A DNA stretch of 64,000 nt from Patescibacteria group bacterium. GTDB lineage: Bacteria; Patescibacteriota; Patescibacteriia; Magasanikbacterales; UBA922. The position numbers were made by a program, and so were the translations under genes. The DNA is taken from NCBI GenBank assembly GCA_041651535.1, contig JBAZIZ010000004.1, forward strand, positions 24,341 to 88,340, read 5' to 3'. Of the stretch, positions 63,345 through 64,000 are shown piece by piece (position 1 is the stretch's first letter; the number at the start of each line of letters is the position of its first letter). Below the pieces are notes generated by a model. That model saw nothing but the letters and a program-made list of their open reading frames with translations. It had not been told where the DNA came from and did no database searches.

Positions 63345-63668
63345 ATGAGAGTATTCGTTTGGTTTCCAGAAGAAGAACAGAAAATAAAAATACCTGGAAA
63401 AAATGGAAAAGCTCTTTATCTCGAAATTAACTCTGAGGCTAAAGACTTACTTATAGGCACTCTTATAGTGTTTTACACTAGAAGAGGAAATAAAGGAAGT
63501 AAGATAGTCTTTAAAATTAAAGATGAGCCAACTTATGATTCAGGCACAAGCCGACTTTTTTTTAGAGTTGTGCTTGATGAAAATGAAGCCACGACGAAAC
63601 AAATTGAGTTTTTTTTCAGAAAATGGAAATATACTCCCAGAGAGTTCGACCAGAGAGTTCGACGCTAA
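63345..63668 (+). CDS. Hypothetical protein (107 aa) in a self-contained promoter-SD-ORF-terminator cassette
   Basis: Strong SD unusual for this genome; beta-rich predicted sequence; no family recognised. Confidence 0.5.
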   Translation: MRVFVWFPEEEQKIKIPGKNGKALYLEINSEAKDLLIGTLIVFYTRRGNKGSKIVFKIKDEPTYDSGTSRLFFRVVLDENEATTKQIEFFFRKWKYTPREFDQRVRR

Positions 63669-63702
63669 AAAGAAATAAGTCTCTCAATTTTCTTTGCCTT
63701 TC

Positions 63703-63729
63703 CGCCTGGATTCGTCCAGGTCTTTTTTT
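63703..63729 (+). terminator. Rho-independent terminator
   Basis: CCTGGA-ttcg-TCCAGG hairpin followed by TCTTTTTTT. Confidence 0.65.
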
Positions 63730-63804
63730 ATATTTAAAAAAACAACCATATTTCAGATTGCTTTTCAGCAAAAAACTTTTGACTTTTTACTTTCAACTTT
63801 TGAC

Positions 63805-64000
63805 TTATAGCAGTGGTTTCCCTGTCATTTCATTTGGAATCTCTAAACCAGCGTGTTTCAAAATCGTTGGTGCAATATCAGCTAAAATTCCTACAGGAGT
63901 CAAAAGAGAAATATCTATTTTTTTTATATCCAAAATATTTTGTCCAACAAAACGATTACCAATAACTAAAAATGGTACTGGATGATTATTATGTTCTTTA
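63805..64000 (-). CDS. gpmI: 2,3-bisphosphoglycerate-independent phosphoglycerate mutase (partial, C-terminal end only)
   Basis: Minus-strand translation ...HNNHPVPFLVIGNRFVGQNILDIKKIDISLLTPVGILADIAPTILKHAGLEIPNEMTGKPLL* matches the conserved iPGM C-terminus; runs off the window edge. Confidence 0.7.
   Translation of the reverse strand, partial: KEHNNHPVPFLVIGNRFVGQNILDIKKIDISLLTPVGILADIAPTILKHAGLEIPNEMTGKPLL

Noticed and set aside
63623-63985. 120-aa + strand ORF at the window end
   Set aside because: Overlaps the terminator of the 63345 gene and the conserved C-terminus of gpmI on the opposite strand.

Overview
The window is AT-rich (~28-30% GC), gene-dense bacterial core-genome DNA with the hallmarks of a Candidate Phyla Radiation (Patescibacteria-like) genome. 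The S10-spc ribosomal protein cluster (rpsJ to secY, minus strand) lacks L30 (rpmD). Native genes have almost no Shine-Dalgarno motifs, although the 16S rRNA keeps its CCUCC anti-SD. Several ribosomal proteins and PNPase carry lineage-specific low-complexity tails. The 16S rRNA is unlinked from 23S and sits inside a split str cluster on the minus strand: rpsL-rpsG-fusA, then trmD, a SAM methyltransferase, the 16S rRNA and an acidic hypothetical protein, then tuf. Other core genes present are rpoB-rpoC, ftsH, ftsK, recA, groES-groEL (with a CIRCE-like operator), prfB, argS, metK, tgt, pnp, rpsO, rplS, rpmB, lgt, xth, recO, ruvX and map. There is a small cell-envelope glycan block (flippase plus O-antigen-ligase-like protein). 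No CRISPR array, transposase or tRNA was seen. Points worth a second look: (1) a 155-nt GC-rich nested-hairpin element in a 375-nt spacer, a candidate structured ncRNA; (2) two self-contained cassettes (promoter, strong SD, small ORF, terminator) with atypical composition, which are likely acquired genes (a zinc-ribbon protein and a 107-aa protein); (3) a perfectly duplicated 39-nt terminator flanking a NUDIX gene; (4) a shared TTATCCACTTGTT motif directly upstream of the -35 of the groESL and rpoBC promoters; (5) a 20-bp perfect palindrome on the recA -35; (6) a leader-like promoter plus hairpin between rpsJ and rplC; (7) a NYN RNase gene inserted between rpsO and pnp, with a long hairpin before pnp. 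All coordinates and motif calls were read by eye from the sequence; no searches were run.
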